Source: Alphaproteobacteria bacterium (GTDB taxonomy: Bacteria > Pseudomonadota > Alphaproteobacteria > RF32 > CAG-239). Taken from it: DNA of 64,000 nt. Below are positions 28,869-38,698 of this stretch, one piece after another. The stretch is taken from NCBI GenBank assembly GCA_017961285.1, contig JAGCXO010000013.1, positions 8,480 to 72,479 on the forward strand. The letters are read 5' to 3'. The notes beneath the pieces are model-generated. The model was not told the DNA's origin. It worked only from the letters and a program-made list of their open reading frames with translations, and did no database searches. Numbering within the stretch: the stretch's first letter is position 1; every line of letters starts with the position of its first letter. A program made the translations under genes and the position numbers.

Positions 28869-30264
28869 TTTTTTTCAACCTGATGGAAACTGCGGCCATT
28901 GTTCCTTGTTCTTGGTTTTGCAACAACAACATAATCGGGCGATTGTTTTCTTGTTCGGCCTCTTTTATATATTCTTCGGCGGCATCAAGAGTGAGGACAT
29001 CTTTTTTATCCATTTTCAAGATGACATCGCCTTTCTTTATGCCTTGGGAAGCGGCATCAGAATTCGCTTCTACGGAAACAACTACCAAGCCCAAAGTTAC
29101 CGGAGCAAGATTAAATCTTTTTAGAATATCGGGGGTAATTTCGGCCAATTTTATGCCCAGTTGCTGAACAATATGGTCACTCGGCAGAGATTGTTCATCA
29201 GCTTTGTTTTCGGTTGCGGAAGGCATTTCTACAACGGTTATGCTGAGCGGAAAAATTTTGCCCGAACGCCACACTATCAGCTGGATATCTTTGCCGATCG
29301 GACTTTCGGCGACCATACGGGAAAAATCTTTGGAAACGTTGATTTCTTTTTGGCCGAGATTTAGGATAACATCACCGACAAGCAATCCGGCTTTTGATGC
29401 GGGGCTGTCTTCGGCAACGGCAGAAACAATCACGCCTTGGGTGTTTTTGAGCCCCAGGCGTTCGGCGGTTTCTTTGCTGTTGTTTTGAATGGTAACACCA
29501 ATCCAGCCTCTTTTTACCTGTCCGGTTTGTTCGAGTTGTCCGGCTATCCATCCCGCCATATTGATAGGGATGGCAAAACCAACGCCGGTGCTGTTGCCGG
29601 TGTTGGAAAATAGAGCGGTGTTTATGCCGATGACTTCGCCTTTCATATTAAACATCGGGCCTCCGGAGCTGCCTTGGTTGATTGAGGCATCGGTCTGGAT
29701 GAAATTGTCATAAGGACCGGCGGCTATATCTCTCGATTTGGCCGAGACAATGCCGGCGCTGACACTGCCACCGAGACCAAAAGGATTGCCGATGGCTAAA
29801 ACCCAATCGCCGATACGCAGTTCATCAGAGTTGCCGAATATGGCTTTTTGCAATTTGTAAGGGGGGTCGATTTTTATCAAAGCAAGGTCGGTTTTTTCAT
29901 CACCGCCGATAACTTCGGCTTCTACTTCGGTGTTATCGAACAGAACAACATTGATGGTGCTCGCGTTTTCAATAACATGGTAGTTGGTGATGATAAAGCC
30001 GGCTTCATCAATGATAAAACCGGAGCCTAAGGCCTGTCTTTTATCGCTTTCGGAAGAAGTGTCAAGCAGGGCGGCGGCTTCTTCTCCGTCAACATCATCT
30101 GCCAGAGGGGTATCCAGTTTTTCGGTTTGCTGAATGGTGGAAATGTTGACGACAGTCGGCAACAATTTTTCGGCCAAATCGGCAAACGAAGGGTATCCGT
30201 TCTGCGCAAAAGCAGGACTCGTCAAAAAGATGAAAGAGAAAATAAATAAAAATTTTTTTGACAT
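28861..30264 (-). CDS. degP: Periplasmic serine endoprotease DegP/HtrA family (trypsin-like domain plus two PDZ domains)
   Basis: The protein has a signal peptide. It contains the catalytic motifs TNYHVI (His), D.ALIKI (Asp) and GSSGGP-like GNSGGPMFN (Ser), plus two PDZ segments. It sits immediately downstream of hflKC. Confidence 0.85.
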   Translation of the reverse strand: MSKKFLFIFSFIFLTSPAFAQNGYPSFADLAEKLLPTVVNISTIQQTEKLDTPLADDVDGEEAAALLDTSSESDKRQALGSGFIIDEAGFIITNYHVIENASTINVVLFDNTEVEAEVIGGDEKTDLALIKIDPPYKLQKAIFGNSDELRIGDWVLAIGNPFGLGGSVSAGIVSAKSRDIAAGPYDNFIQTDASINQGSSGGPMFNMKGEVIGINTALFSNTGNSTGVGFAIPINMAGWIAGQLEQTGQVKRGWIGVTIQNNSKETAERLGLKNTQGVIVSAVAEDSPASKAGLLVGDVILNLGQKEINVSKDFSRMVAESPIGKDIQLIVWRSGKIFPLSITVVEMPSATENKADEQSLPSDHIVQQLGIKLAEITPDILKRFNLAPVTLGLVVVSVEANSDAASQGIKKGDVILKMDKKDVLTLDAAEEYIKEAEQENNRPIMLLLQNQEQGTMAAVSIRLKKND

Positions 30265-30267
30265 TTT

Positions 30268-31134
30268 TTATTTCATAGCCTTTCTGAAAAATTGAAAGAA
30301 ATCGCTTTCGGGTGAAAGAACCATTGATGATTTTCCGTTGGATAAAGATTTTTTATAAGCCTCTAAAGAACGATAAAAGTTAAAAAAGGCAACATCTTTG
30401 CCGGCGGCTTTGTTCCAGATTTCGATGGCTTGTTCGTCGCCTTGACCTCTGATTATTTGGGCTTGCTTTTCGGCATCTGCCAAAATTATGGTTTGTTCTT
30501 TATCGGCGCTGGCCTTAATTTTTTGTGCCTCTTGACTGCCTTGAGCGCGAAATTCTTTGGCCTCGCGTTCACGCTCGGTTTTCATGCGGGCATTGATAGC
30601 CTGTAAAACTTCTAACGGAAGGTCGGCACGGCGAATCCTTACGTCGGCAACGCTGACACCGATTTGGGTGGCATCATTTTTTACTGCAGAACTGATATCG
30701 GCCATAATTTTGGTGCGTTTTTCTGACAACAATTCCTGCAAGGTTATACGACCTAAAATTTTGCGGACGGAAGAGTTGATGATTTCGGCTAATTTGCTTT
30801 GTGCCTGCTGTTCGGTGCGGACGGTCTTGTAAAACTTTATCGGATCTATGATGCGATAACGGGTAAAACTGTCAACATCAAGGCGCTTTTTATCGTTTAA
30901 GACAACTTCTTGTGCCGGAGGATCCAAGTTGAGCAATCTCTTATCGTAAAAAATTACGTTTTGGATGAGAGGAATCTTAAATTTCAGTCCCGGCTCTTGA
31001 ACAAGGCGAACAGGTCGTCCAAATTGCAAAACAATGGCTTGTTCCGCTTGATTGACAATGTATGCGCTACTGAAAACGAGAAAAACGATAAGCAACGTTA
31101 TTCCGCCTAAAAAGATTTTTAATTTGTCGTTCAT
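30268..31134 (-). CDS. hflC: Protease modulator HflC (SPFH/band-7 domain)
   Basis: The 288-aa product has an N-terminal TM helix, an SPFH domain and an EQ-rich C-terminal coiled coil. It is paired with hflK upstream. Confidence 0.85.
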   Translation of the reverse strand: MNDKLKIFLGGITLLIVFLVFSSAYIVNQAEQAIVLQFGRPVRLVQEPGLKFKIPLIQNVIFYDKRLLNLDPPAQEVVLNDKKRLDVDSFTRYRIIDPIKFYKTVRTEQQAQSKLAEIINSSVRKILGRITLQELLSEKRTKIMADISSAVKNDATQIGVSVADVRIRRADLPLEVLQAINARMKTEREREAKEFRAQGSQEAQKIKASADKEQTIILADAEKQAQIIRGQGDEQAIEIWNKAAGKDVAFFNFYRSLEAYKKSLSNGKSSMVLSPESDFFQFFRKAMK

Positions 31135-31145
31135 CCTTGTTCTCC

Positions 31146-32159
31146 TTATTTTATGGGGTTTAGCGGTAATACCGGTAACAAATTTGAACCTTTGGAAGAA
31201 GGATCAATTATAACTTTATCTGATTTTTGTAATACATCTTCCATGGTTTCAATATAAAGGCGGCGAATGGTTACGTCTGGGCCTTTTTGGTAAGCTTTGT
31301 AAACAGAATTGAATCTGTCTGCCTCACCGGTGGCTTTGTTGACGACAGCCTCTTTATAGGCTTCGGCGGATTGCAAAATTTGTGATGCTTTACCTTTGGC
31401 ATTGGGCACAACTTCGTTGCGATATGCTTCGGCTTCGTTTTTGAAACGTTCTTTGTCGGCCTTGGCGCGTTGAACTTCGTTGAAGGCATCTACAACTTGT
31501 TGCGGAGGGTCGGCTTTTTGCAATTTTACACGCACAATTTCAACGCCGGAGCCAAAGTCATCAAGCACGCGTTGGAGCTCGGCTTTGGTATCGTCTTCAA
31601 CTTTACCGCGGTCGCCGGAGATGATGGGCATCATTTGTGATTGTCCGACAATTTCACGCAAGACGGATTGGGCGGCAACACGGACTGTGGCTTCGGGTTC
31701 GCGCATGTTGAACAAAAAGTCTTTGGCATTTTTGATGCGCCAAACAATAGTTAAGTTGATGTCAACAATGTTTTCATCACCGGTCAACATATGACTTTCG
31801 GTAAACGAATTGTCGCGATAGTTGCGGTTGTAATTTCCGTCGTTTACTCCTAGGTTGATGCTTCGTTCTTGTGTCATGCTGACTTTATAAACTGTTTCTA
31901 TCGGATATGGCAAATGGTAATGCAATCCGGGTTCGGTGGTATCAACATATTTTCCAAAACGCAGAACAACTCCATTTTCGTTGGTTTGAACTTGATAAAA
32001 ACCAGTCAGAATCCAAATGACTATTACAATCAAGACTATGAGCCCAAAACTGAATGGTGTTTGAGGATTTTTCGGGACGGTGATTTTTTTAAATTGGACT
32101 ACTTTTTCTTTTTTTTCGGGCATATCATCCATATCCCAAGGATTGTTGCTGTTTGCCAT
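31146..32159 (-). CDS. hflK: Protease modulator HflK (SPFH/band-7 domain)
   Basis: The 337-aa product has an N-terminal PWD..P.. segment, a TM helix and an SPFH domain. It shows the conserved HflK-HflC tandem arrangement. Confidence 0.85.
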   Translation of the reverse strand: MANSNNPWDMDDMPEKKEKVVQFKKITVPKNPQTPFSFGLIVLIVIVIWILTGFYQVQTNENGVVLRFGKYVDTTEPGLHYHLPYPIETVYKVSMTQERSINLGVNDGNYNRNYRDNSFTESHMLTGDENIVDINLTIVWRIKNAKDFLFNMREPEATVRVAAQSVLREIVGQSQMMPIISGDRGKVEDDTKAELQRVLDDFGSGVEIVRVKLQKADPPQQVVDAFNEVQRAKADKERFKNEAEAYRNEVVPNAKGKASQILQSAEAYKEAVVNKATGEADRFNSVYKAYQKGPDVTIRRLYIETMEDVLQKSDKVIIDPSSKGSNLLPVLPLNPIK

Positions 32160-32263
32160 ATTTTTTTACCTCATTTGTAGTTTAACTATTGCATTGCTTT
32201 AATATATAATATAAACATTCTAAAAACAATTTAAGATGACTTGATATCAACAGGAGTATTAAA

Positions 32264-33283
32264 ATGGCAGAAAATAAGGATTTGTTTGATGTTGTTGCAG
32301 ATTTTTATCCGCCGGAATCGATTGAGGGCGTGAGCTGGCATGGCAGCAGAGTTATTTTGACGCTGATTGATGTGGAAGAAGATGAGGTTAAAAAACAGGC
32401 CTTGACCAAGGAATTGGAAAAAATTGAGGGAATTGATAAAGTTACAATTTTATATACCTCGGAAAGAAAAGTTGTTAATCTTAGTGCTATTCGCGGTGAT
32501 GCTGAGAGAAGCAGTTGGATGATCAGAGGGGTTAAGAAAATTATTGCGGTGGCTTCAGGAAAAGGCGGTGTGGGTAAATCTACAACTGCGACGAATATAG
32601 CTTTTGCATTGAAAAAAATCGGTCTTAAAACAGCTTTGTTTGATGCTGATATTTATGGTCCCTCAATTCCGACCATGCTTGGTTATGAAGGGACGGCTCC
32701 CGTTTCTTATGACGGAAAAACTTTTGAGCCTTTTGAGGTTATGGGGATGCAGACAATGTCTATCGGAACATTGATCGGGAAGGATACCCCCTTAATTTGG
32801 CGCGGACCAAAAGCTTGTGGTGCTTTGCAACAGTTGCTTTCCGATGTGAATTGGCATGATGTTGATGTGATGGTTATGGATATGCCTCCTGGAACTGGTG
32901 ATATTCAGATTACTCTTTCTCAACAAGTGAGAATCGATGGCGCAATTATTGTTTCTACTCCGCAAGATATTGCGTTGATTGATGCCGTGAAGGGAGTTAA
33001 TATGTTTAAGGCGGTTAATGTGCCGATTTTGGGGATTGTGGAAAATATGAGCTATTATCTTTGTCCAGAATGCGGGCATAGAGAATATGTGTTCGGTGAA
33101 AACGGGGCAAAAAATACGGCAGAAAAATTGAATGTTGATTTTTTGGGTGATGTTCCGCTCGATATAAAGATACGTATGCACGCAGATGAGGGAAAACCGA
33201 TTGTTGAAAGCGAGCCGGAAAGTTTGTTTGCGAAAAATTATATTGAGATTGCAAAAAAAGTGAAAGATAAATTGAAATTATAG
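32264..33283 (+). CDS. apbC: Fe-S cluster carrier ATPase Mrp/ApbC
   Basis: The product contains the Walker A motif ASGKGGVGKST, the CPECGH pair typical of Mrp/NBP35, and an N-terminal DUF59-like domain. Confidence 0.85.
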   Translation: MAENKDLFDVVADFYPPESIEGVSWHGSRVILTLIDVEEDEVKKQALTKELEKIEGIDKVTILYTSERKVVNLSAIRGDAERSSWMIRGVKKIIAVASGKGGVGKSTTATNIAFALKKIGLKTALFDADIYGPSIPTMLGYEGTAPVSYDGKTFEPFEVMGMQTMSIGTLIGKDTPLIWRGPKACGALQQLLSDVNWHDVDVMVMDMPPGTGDIQITLSQQVRIDGAIIVSTPQDIALIDAVKGVNMFKAVNVPILGIVENMSYYLCPECGHREYVFGENGAKNTAEKLNVDFLGDVPLDIKIRMHADEGKPIVESEPESLFAKNYIEIAKKVKDKLKL

Positions 33284-33287
33284 TTTT

Positions 33288-34655
33288 TTAGTAGCGACGA
33301 TTGAATGGTTGCTGTTGTTTTTCTTTCTCTTTTTCATCTATGCGCAAAATAAAGTCATCCAAGTTTATGCGTAATGATGATGTAGGATTTGATTTTAGGG
33401 CTTGTTCTGCTTGTTTTTTTGCCAAATGAAGATCTTGGTTTAGAAAATTGTATTCAGCGGCGGCATAGTTATAACCGGCGGAGTTTTGTTGTAAACCATA
33501 GGCGCGTGAGAGTAAAATCCATGCTTCGCTTTGCGGGTTATATATCAAAAATTGGTTGAGTAAATCTATAATTTGCTGTTGTTCTTTGTAGTCAGGAGAA
33601 TTTTCAAGCATTGCTTGAGCTAAATTCAGTTTAAATAATGCGGAGTTAGGTCTGATATCCAGCGCTTGGCGATAGATTGCGACGGCAGGTTTTATCTTTC
33701 CGGTTTCTAACAGCATTTGTCCTTTTAGTTCATAAAAATAAGGATTGTCAGGTTCTTCGTGAATTAAATTTTCAATGCTAATCAAAGCATTTTCTATTTT
33801 GTTGTCCTTGAAATAGGCAATTGTTCGGGCATATTTTGCCTCTATGGATGTGTCGGATGGAGGGTATTTGATAAAAGTTTGTTCCGGCTTTTCTATATAA
33901 GCATATATTTTTGCTTTGATCCGAGAAAATTCTTTTTCCTGATTGCCATATTTCGGTGCATGCGAATCGCTGGTTGCTTTTTCCAGAAAAGCTATGCGCT
34001 CAGAGGTAACGGGGTGGGTGCGAAAGTAACTTGTTTCTTCAATGCCTTGAATGGTGTTTTGTTTTTGAATTTTTTTCATAAAATTGAGCATCCCGGATGG
34101 AGATTGGTTGATTTTTTTCAACAATTTTACCGCGGCTTCATCGGCGCTGCGTTCTTCACTGACTTGGTATGAGAGCATGCTGTTGATGGCTGTTCCCTGT
34201 GAGCCCAAAATGGCAGCAATGCTGATATCTGCTCTGCCGGCGGCAATACCTGCCGCACCACCCAACAGCATAGATGCCAACGCAACGCGTTGTATTTCTT
34301 GTGCTTTTAGTTTATGACGAAGTATGTGTCCGCCCTGTATGTGGCCGGTTTCGTGCGCGAGGATGCCGCTGATTTCATTCTGGGTATCTGCCGCAACTAA
34401 GGTGCCGACTGTAACAAACATATTGTTTCCATCAGTAACAAAAGCGTTTAGTGATTTGTCGTTAACAATATATATTTTTCTGGGGTTGAAAGATGTTTCT
34501 GATGCTTTGAAGATGGGGGCAACCGTTTGGTGAAGAAAAACCTCAGTTTCTTCATCGGAGATTAGAGATATAGCTTGCGCTGAAGAGCTTAAGAAAATTG
34601 CGCAAATCAGCGCAAGGAAAATATGTTTTAGCCGTTTATTAACTTTTTCCACCAC
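33288..34655 (-). CDS. M48-family Zn-metalloprotease with C-terminal TPR repeats (BepA-like periplasmic protease/chaperone)
   Basis: The protein has a signal peptide. It contains HETGHIQGGH (HExxH) and a later glutamate ligand region, followed by TPR-like repeats. Confidence 0.7.
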   Translation of the reverse strand: MVEKVNKRLKHIFLALICAIFLSSSAQAISLISDEETEVFLHQTVAPIFKASETSFNPRKIYIVNDKSLNAFVTDGNNMFVTVGTLVAADTQNEISGILAHETGHIQGGHILRHKLKAQEIQRVALASMLLGGAAGIAAGRADISIAAILGSQGTAINSMLSYQVSEERSADEAAVKLLKKINQSPSGMLNFMKKIQKQNTIQGIEETSYFRTHPVTSERIAFLEKATSDSHAPKYGNQEKEFSRIKAKIYAYIEKPEQTFIKYPPSDTSIEAKYARTIAYFKDNKIENALISIENLIHEEPDNPYFYELKGQMLLETGKIKPAVAIYRQALDIRPNSALFKLNLAQAMLENSPDYKEQQQIIDLLNQFLIYNPQSEAWILLSRAYGLQQNSAGYNYAAAEYNFLNQDLHLAKKQAEQALKSNPTSSLRINLDDFILRIDEKEKEKQQQPFNRRY

Positions 34656-36982
34656 GAAACCTTTCTTTTTCCGGTATTTTCTTCAACAGTTTCTGTTGAG
34701 TTTTCTGTCGGTGTATTCGTGTCTTCAGGTTGTTGATATGTGTCAGATGATCTGTCTTTGCGCCTGAAACGACGGTCAAAACGCCCACGGCGACCGCGAA
34801 AATCAAAACGACGACGAGGTTCATAGTTGTCAAAATTTTCTTCTCCGCTTTCAACTGAATCAGAAACAACTTCTTCGGCAACCTGTTCTTCGGATTCTTC
34901 AATTTTTTGTGCCTTGGTTCGCTCTATTCTGTATTCTGAGATATTTTTTACGCTATCATCTGCGCTGATGATTACGGACATTTTATAACGTTTTTCAATG
35001 TCGTGCAAAGAGGCACGTTTTTGGTTGAGCAAATATACGGCATATTCTGTGGGAAGAAAAACGTTTATCATAGATGAGCGATTTTTGCTGCCTTCTTCTT
35101 CAATTATACGCAAAATCGACATTGCTCCGGATTCAATCGTGCGAACAATGCCGCGTCCGTGACAATATGGACAAGTGTGATAGTTGCTTTCCAAAAACGA
35201 GGAGTGCATTCTTTGGCGTGATATTTCCAACAGTCCGAAACAACTCATTTTGCTGATTTGGACACGAGCGCGGTCGTTCTTCATGGCTTCTTTCATACGC
35301 TTTTCGATAGCCAAATTATTTTTGGGTTCGTCCATATCAATAAAATCGATGACAACCAGTCCGGCAAGGTTGCGCATTCTTAGCTGTTTGGCAATTTCAT
35401 CGGCGGCTTCCAAATTGGTTTTTAGTGCCGTTTCTTCCAAATCTTTTTCTTTTGTGGCTTTGCCGGAATTTACATCTATGGAGACCAAAGCTTCGGTCGG
35501 ATTGATGACTAAATATCCGCCTGAGGCCAAAGGAACATTGGGATCATGCAATTTATCAAGCTGAGTTTCTATCTGATAACGCTGAAAGAGAGGAGCCTCG
35601 TTGGGATGACAAGACTTTAACTTTTTCATATTATGCGGAGATAAAATCTTCATGAAATTGCGAGCTGCTTTGAAAGCATTATCGCCATCGATGATAATTT
35701 CGGAAACATCTTTTGTGAACATGTCGCGCAAGGCGCGTTTGATCAGATTTCCTTCTTCATATATAAGTGTCGGGGCCTGATTTTTGAGCGAATCGATACG
35801 AATTTGATTCCATGTGCGAATCAAGTAGTTGTAATCGCGAGTAATGTCGGCTTTGGTTTTTTCTTCGCCGGCTGTGCGGACAATCAGGGACATATCTTTT
35901 GATATCGGCAGATCTTTGATTATGCCTTTTAAGCGTTTGCGATCTTGAGAGTTGGTAATTTTGCGCGATACACCGCCGCTTTTTATGCGGTTTGGCATCA
36001 ATACGCAATAACGACCGGCGAGAGACAGATATGTAGTTAAGGCCGCCCCTTTGTTGCCACGCTCTTCTTTGACTACTTGGACGAGCAGAATTTGTCCTTC
36101 TTTTATAACATCTTGGATATTGCTGTTATGATATAACTTGCGCATCAATATAAGTTTTCTTTGTGCTTCAAAATCATATTCATTGTCATCATCTTCTTCA
36201 GGAATATCTTCGTCATTGATGTTGTTATCATTTTCAGCACGCTCTTCATTTTCAATATAATTTTCTTGGACAGGAGAAACTTCTTCGGATATTTTATCTT
36301 CTTCGGCAACCTCAGAATCGGCCATAGTGGTGGGAGAAGGTTTGCGACGAGATCTCCGTGATGTTTTCTTTTTGCCGTCATTTTGATTTTCGGAGATATC
36401 GAAGTTTTGCTCTTCTGTTACACTGGTTTCTGCTGTAATGACGTTTTGTTCAACAGCAGGTTCATCAGTGATGGTTGCAGTTGGTTCGGTGATATTTTCA
36501 CTTGGTTCAGACGAATCATTTTTTGCTTCGGGGGTAGAGGAGCAAACTGTCGAATCGGTTTCTTCTTGTGACGGTTGTTCATTTTCTGTCTGATTGTGTT
36601 CTGCCATATATTGAGCTCTTTTCAGAGCTTTTTCTTCTCTGATTTTGGCTCTTTCGGCTTCACGTTCTTTGATGAACTGTTTTTTATTTTCTATGATTAT
36701 ATCGGTTTCTTTTTCGTATTCTGCAAGTTGCTCGGCAGAAATATGATAGTAGTCGGGATGAATTTCTCCAAAAGCTAAGAACCCGTGTCTGTTGCCGCCA
36801 TAGTCAACAAATGCGGCTTGCAAAGACGGCTCTATGCGCATTACTTTTGCAAGGTAAACATTTCCCTTTATTTGTTTTCTGTATGATGATTCAAATTCAA
36901 CATCTTCAATTTTGTTTCCATCTAAAACGACGACTCTTGTTTCTTCCGGTTGAGTGTCGTCAATAAGCATTTTTTTTGCCAT
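34628..36982 (-). CDS. rne: Ribonuclease E
   Basis: The N-terminal S1/catalytic domain is MAKKMLIDDTQPEETRVVVLDGNKIEDVEFES... It contains the CPYCHGRG zinc-link motif, followed by a long acidic/Arg-rich low-complexity C-terminal scaffold. Confidence 0.85.
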   Translation of the reverse strand: MAKKMLIDDTQPEETRVVVLDGNKIEDVEFESSYRKQIKGNVYLAKVMRIEPSLQAAFVDYGGNRHGFLAFGEIHPDYYHISAEQLAEYEKETDIIIENKKQFIKEREAERAKIREEKALKRAQYMAEHNQTENEQPSQEETDSTVCSSTPEAKNDSSEPSENITEPTATITDEPAVEQNVITAETSVTEEQNFDISENQNDGKKKTSRRSRRKPSPTTMADSEVAEEDKISEEVSPVQENYIENEERAENDNNINDEDIPEEDDDNEYDFEAQRKLILMRKLYHNSNIQDVIKEGQILLVQVVKEERGNKGAALTTYLSLAGRYCVLMPNRIKSGGVSRKITNSQDRKRLKGIIKDLPISKDMSLIVRTAGEEKTKADITRDYNYLIRTWNQIRIDSLKNQAPTLIYEEGNLIKRALRDMFTKDVSEIIIDGDNAFKAARNFMKILSPHNMKKLKSCHPNEAPLFQRYQIETQLDKLHDPNVPLASGGYLVINPTEALVSIDVNSGKATKEKDLEETALKTNLEAADEIAKQLRMRNLAGLVVIDFIDMDEPKNNLAIEKRMKEAMKNDRARVQISKMSCFGLLEISRQRMHSSFLESNYHTCPYCHGRGIVRTIESGAMSILRIIEEEGSKNRSSMINVFLPTEYAVYLLNQKRASLHDIEKRYKMSVIISADDSVKNISEYRIERTKAQKIEESEEQVAEEVVSDSVESGEENFDNYEPRRRFDFRGRRGRFDRRFRRKDRSSDTYQQPEDTNTPTENSTETVEENTGKRKVSWWKKLING

Positions 36983-37455
36983 AATAAAACTCCAACAATC
37001 CGCAAAAGCGGTAATTTAACCATATAATCGGAGAGAATTTTACAAACAATGACAAAATATAAACAATATTACAGGCTTATGCCCTTTGCATTTTTATTCA
37101 GCCGGCGATATGCCGGTATATGTCAAATTCTTTTTGAGAAATATTTATTTTTTGTTGGTTGGTCTCAAAAAGAGCAAAATTCTGTCCGTATCCATTTATA
37201 ATTAAATTTGCAGGCACAATTTTCGCTGTGAAAAATGGCGGCGGCCAACTTTTGTGCTTATAAAAAAACATTTGTTATATGGAAGCACAAAGCCGGTCGA
37301 AAACAAATTTAACACTTCCAAAATATAATAAATAATTTAAAATACAACATAATTTTTATAAAATTCAGCAATAAGTTTTTTTGTGTTGTTTTTAATATAT
37401 TGGTAATAACTGAAAGTGTAAAATGAACGAAATTTGAAGCTGTAAAAATGAGAAT

Positions 37456-38658
37456 GTGATGATAAAATTTGGCAAAATATTATGTTGGCTAATGTTTTGT
37501 GCTGTTTGGCTTTCCAATGCGCGAGCAGGAGAAATTGAAAACTTGCGCTTTGGACAAGGAATCAGCAATGTCAGAGTTGTTTTTGATGCAACTGATGATT
37601 TTGCTTATAAGGTTTTTTTGCTTGATAATCCGAAGAGATTGGTTGTTGATGTTACGGAAATTGCGGTTTCGAGCCAAATTCAGAAGAAAAAAGACAAAAA
37701 TAATTTGGTCGGGCAAGTGCGTGTGGGGCGGATTGATGATGGAAAGAATCGAATTGTTTTTGATTTGCAAAAACCTGTGGTAATAAAAAAAGTTTTTAAG
37801 CTTGCTCCCCAATCAACTTTTAAGTGGCGGTTGGCAATAGATGTGGAGGTGGCTTCACAGAGAGATTTTGCCGCTAAAGTCGGGCAGGGAAATGCAATTA
37901 CGGGAAAGAGCAAACAAACAGCCAGTAAAAATCAGCCGGCAAATGTTACAGAATCGGCTTCTACAAGAAAAGTTATCGTTATAGATGCAGGTCACGGAGG
38001 ACATGATCCGGGGGCAATAGGATATTCGGGCGTATATGAGAAAAATATTACTTTGGCGGCGGCAAAAGAATTGAAACGTCAGCTTGATAAAGAAGGAAAG
38101 TATAATGTTTTTCTGACTAGAAGCACAGATGTTTTTATTCCATTGCGCCAAAGGTTTCAGATTGCGCGCAAACATAATGCGGATTTGTTCTTATCAATTC
38201 ATGCCGACAGTGCAAAAAACAGGCAGGCAAAGGGACTTTCTGTCTATACTCTTTCGGAAACGGCTTCAGATAAAGAAGCAGAGGCTTTGGCCGAAAGAGA
38301 AAATAAGGCTGATGTTATTTCAGGTTTGAACATGGTTGAGCAATCAAAAGAAGTTAATGATGTGTTGATCAGTTTGGCTCAGCGTGAGACAAGAAACAGA
38401 TCTTCTGAATTTGCCCGTTGTATTGAGCTTGAGATGAAAAAATCTATTCATCTGATCAGCGATACGCATCGTTTTGCCGGATTTGCGGTTTTGAAAGCGC
38501 CGGACGTTCCTTCAGTGTTGCTAGAGATGGGATATCTTTCAAACAAAGAAGAGGAGCGCTTGTTGAAGCAGGACAGTTATAGAAAGAAAATTGCCGCTTC
38601 TGCAGTGCGTGCGGTGAACAGATATTTTGAAGATATGAAGCATAAATCGCTGTTTTGA
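37456..38658 (+). CDS. amiC: N-acetylmuramoyl-L-alanine amidase (AMIN domain plus Amidase_3)
   Basis: The protein has a signal peptide. An AMIN-like N-terminal beta domain is followed by VIVIDAGHGGHDPGA and a later E/H Zn ligand pattern typical of Amidase_3. Confidence 0.8.
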   Translation: MMIKFGKILCWLMFCAVWLSNARAGEIENLRFGQGISNVRVVFDATDDFAYKVFLLDNPKRLVVDVTEIAVSSQIQKKKDKNNLVGQVRVGRIDDGKNRIVFDLQKPVVIKKVFKLAPQSTFKWRLAIDVEVASQRDFAAKVGQGNAITGKSKQTASKNQPANVTESASTRKVIVIDAGHGGHDPGAIGYSGVYEKNITLAAAKELKRQLDKEGKYNVFLTRSTDVFIPLRQRFQIARKHNADLFLSIHADSAKNRQAKGLSVYTLSETASDKEAEALAERENKADVISGLNMVEQSKEVNDVLISLAQRETRNRSSEFARCIELEMKKSIHLISDTHRFAGFAVLKAPDVPSVLLEMGYLSNKEEERLLKQDSYRKKIAASAVRAVNRYFEDMKHKSLF

Positions 38659-38698
38659 TTTAAAAAACTCTTGATTGATGGAATAAAATTGATTATTA

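Noticed and set aside
36145-36778. Phe-rich small ORFs on both strands within rne
   Set aside because: They are products of the low-complexity acidic/repetitive rne C-terminal scaffold region. They overlap a strongly supported CDS.
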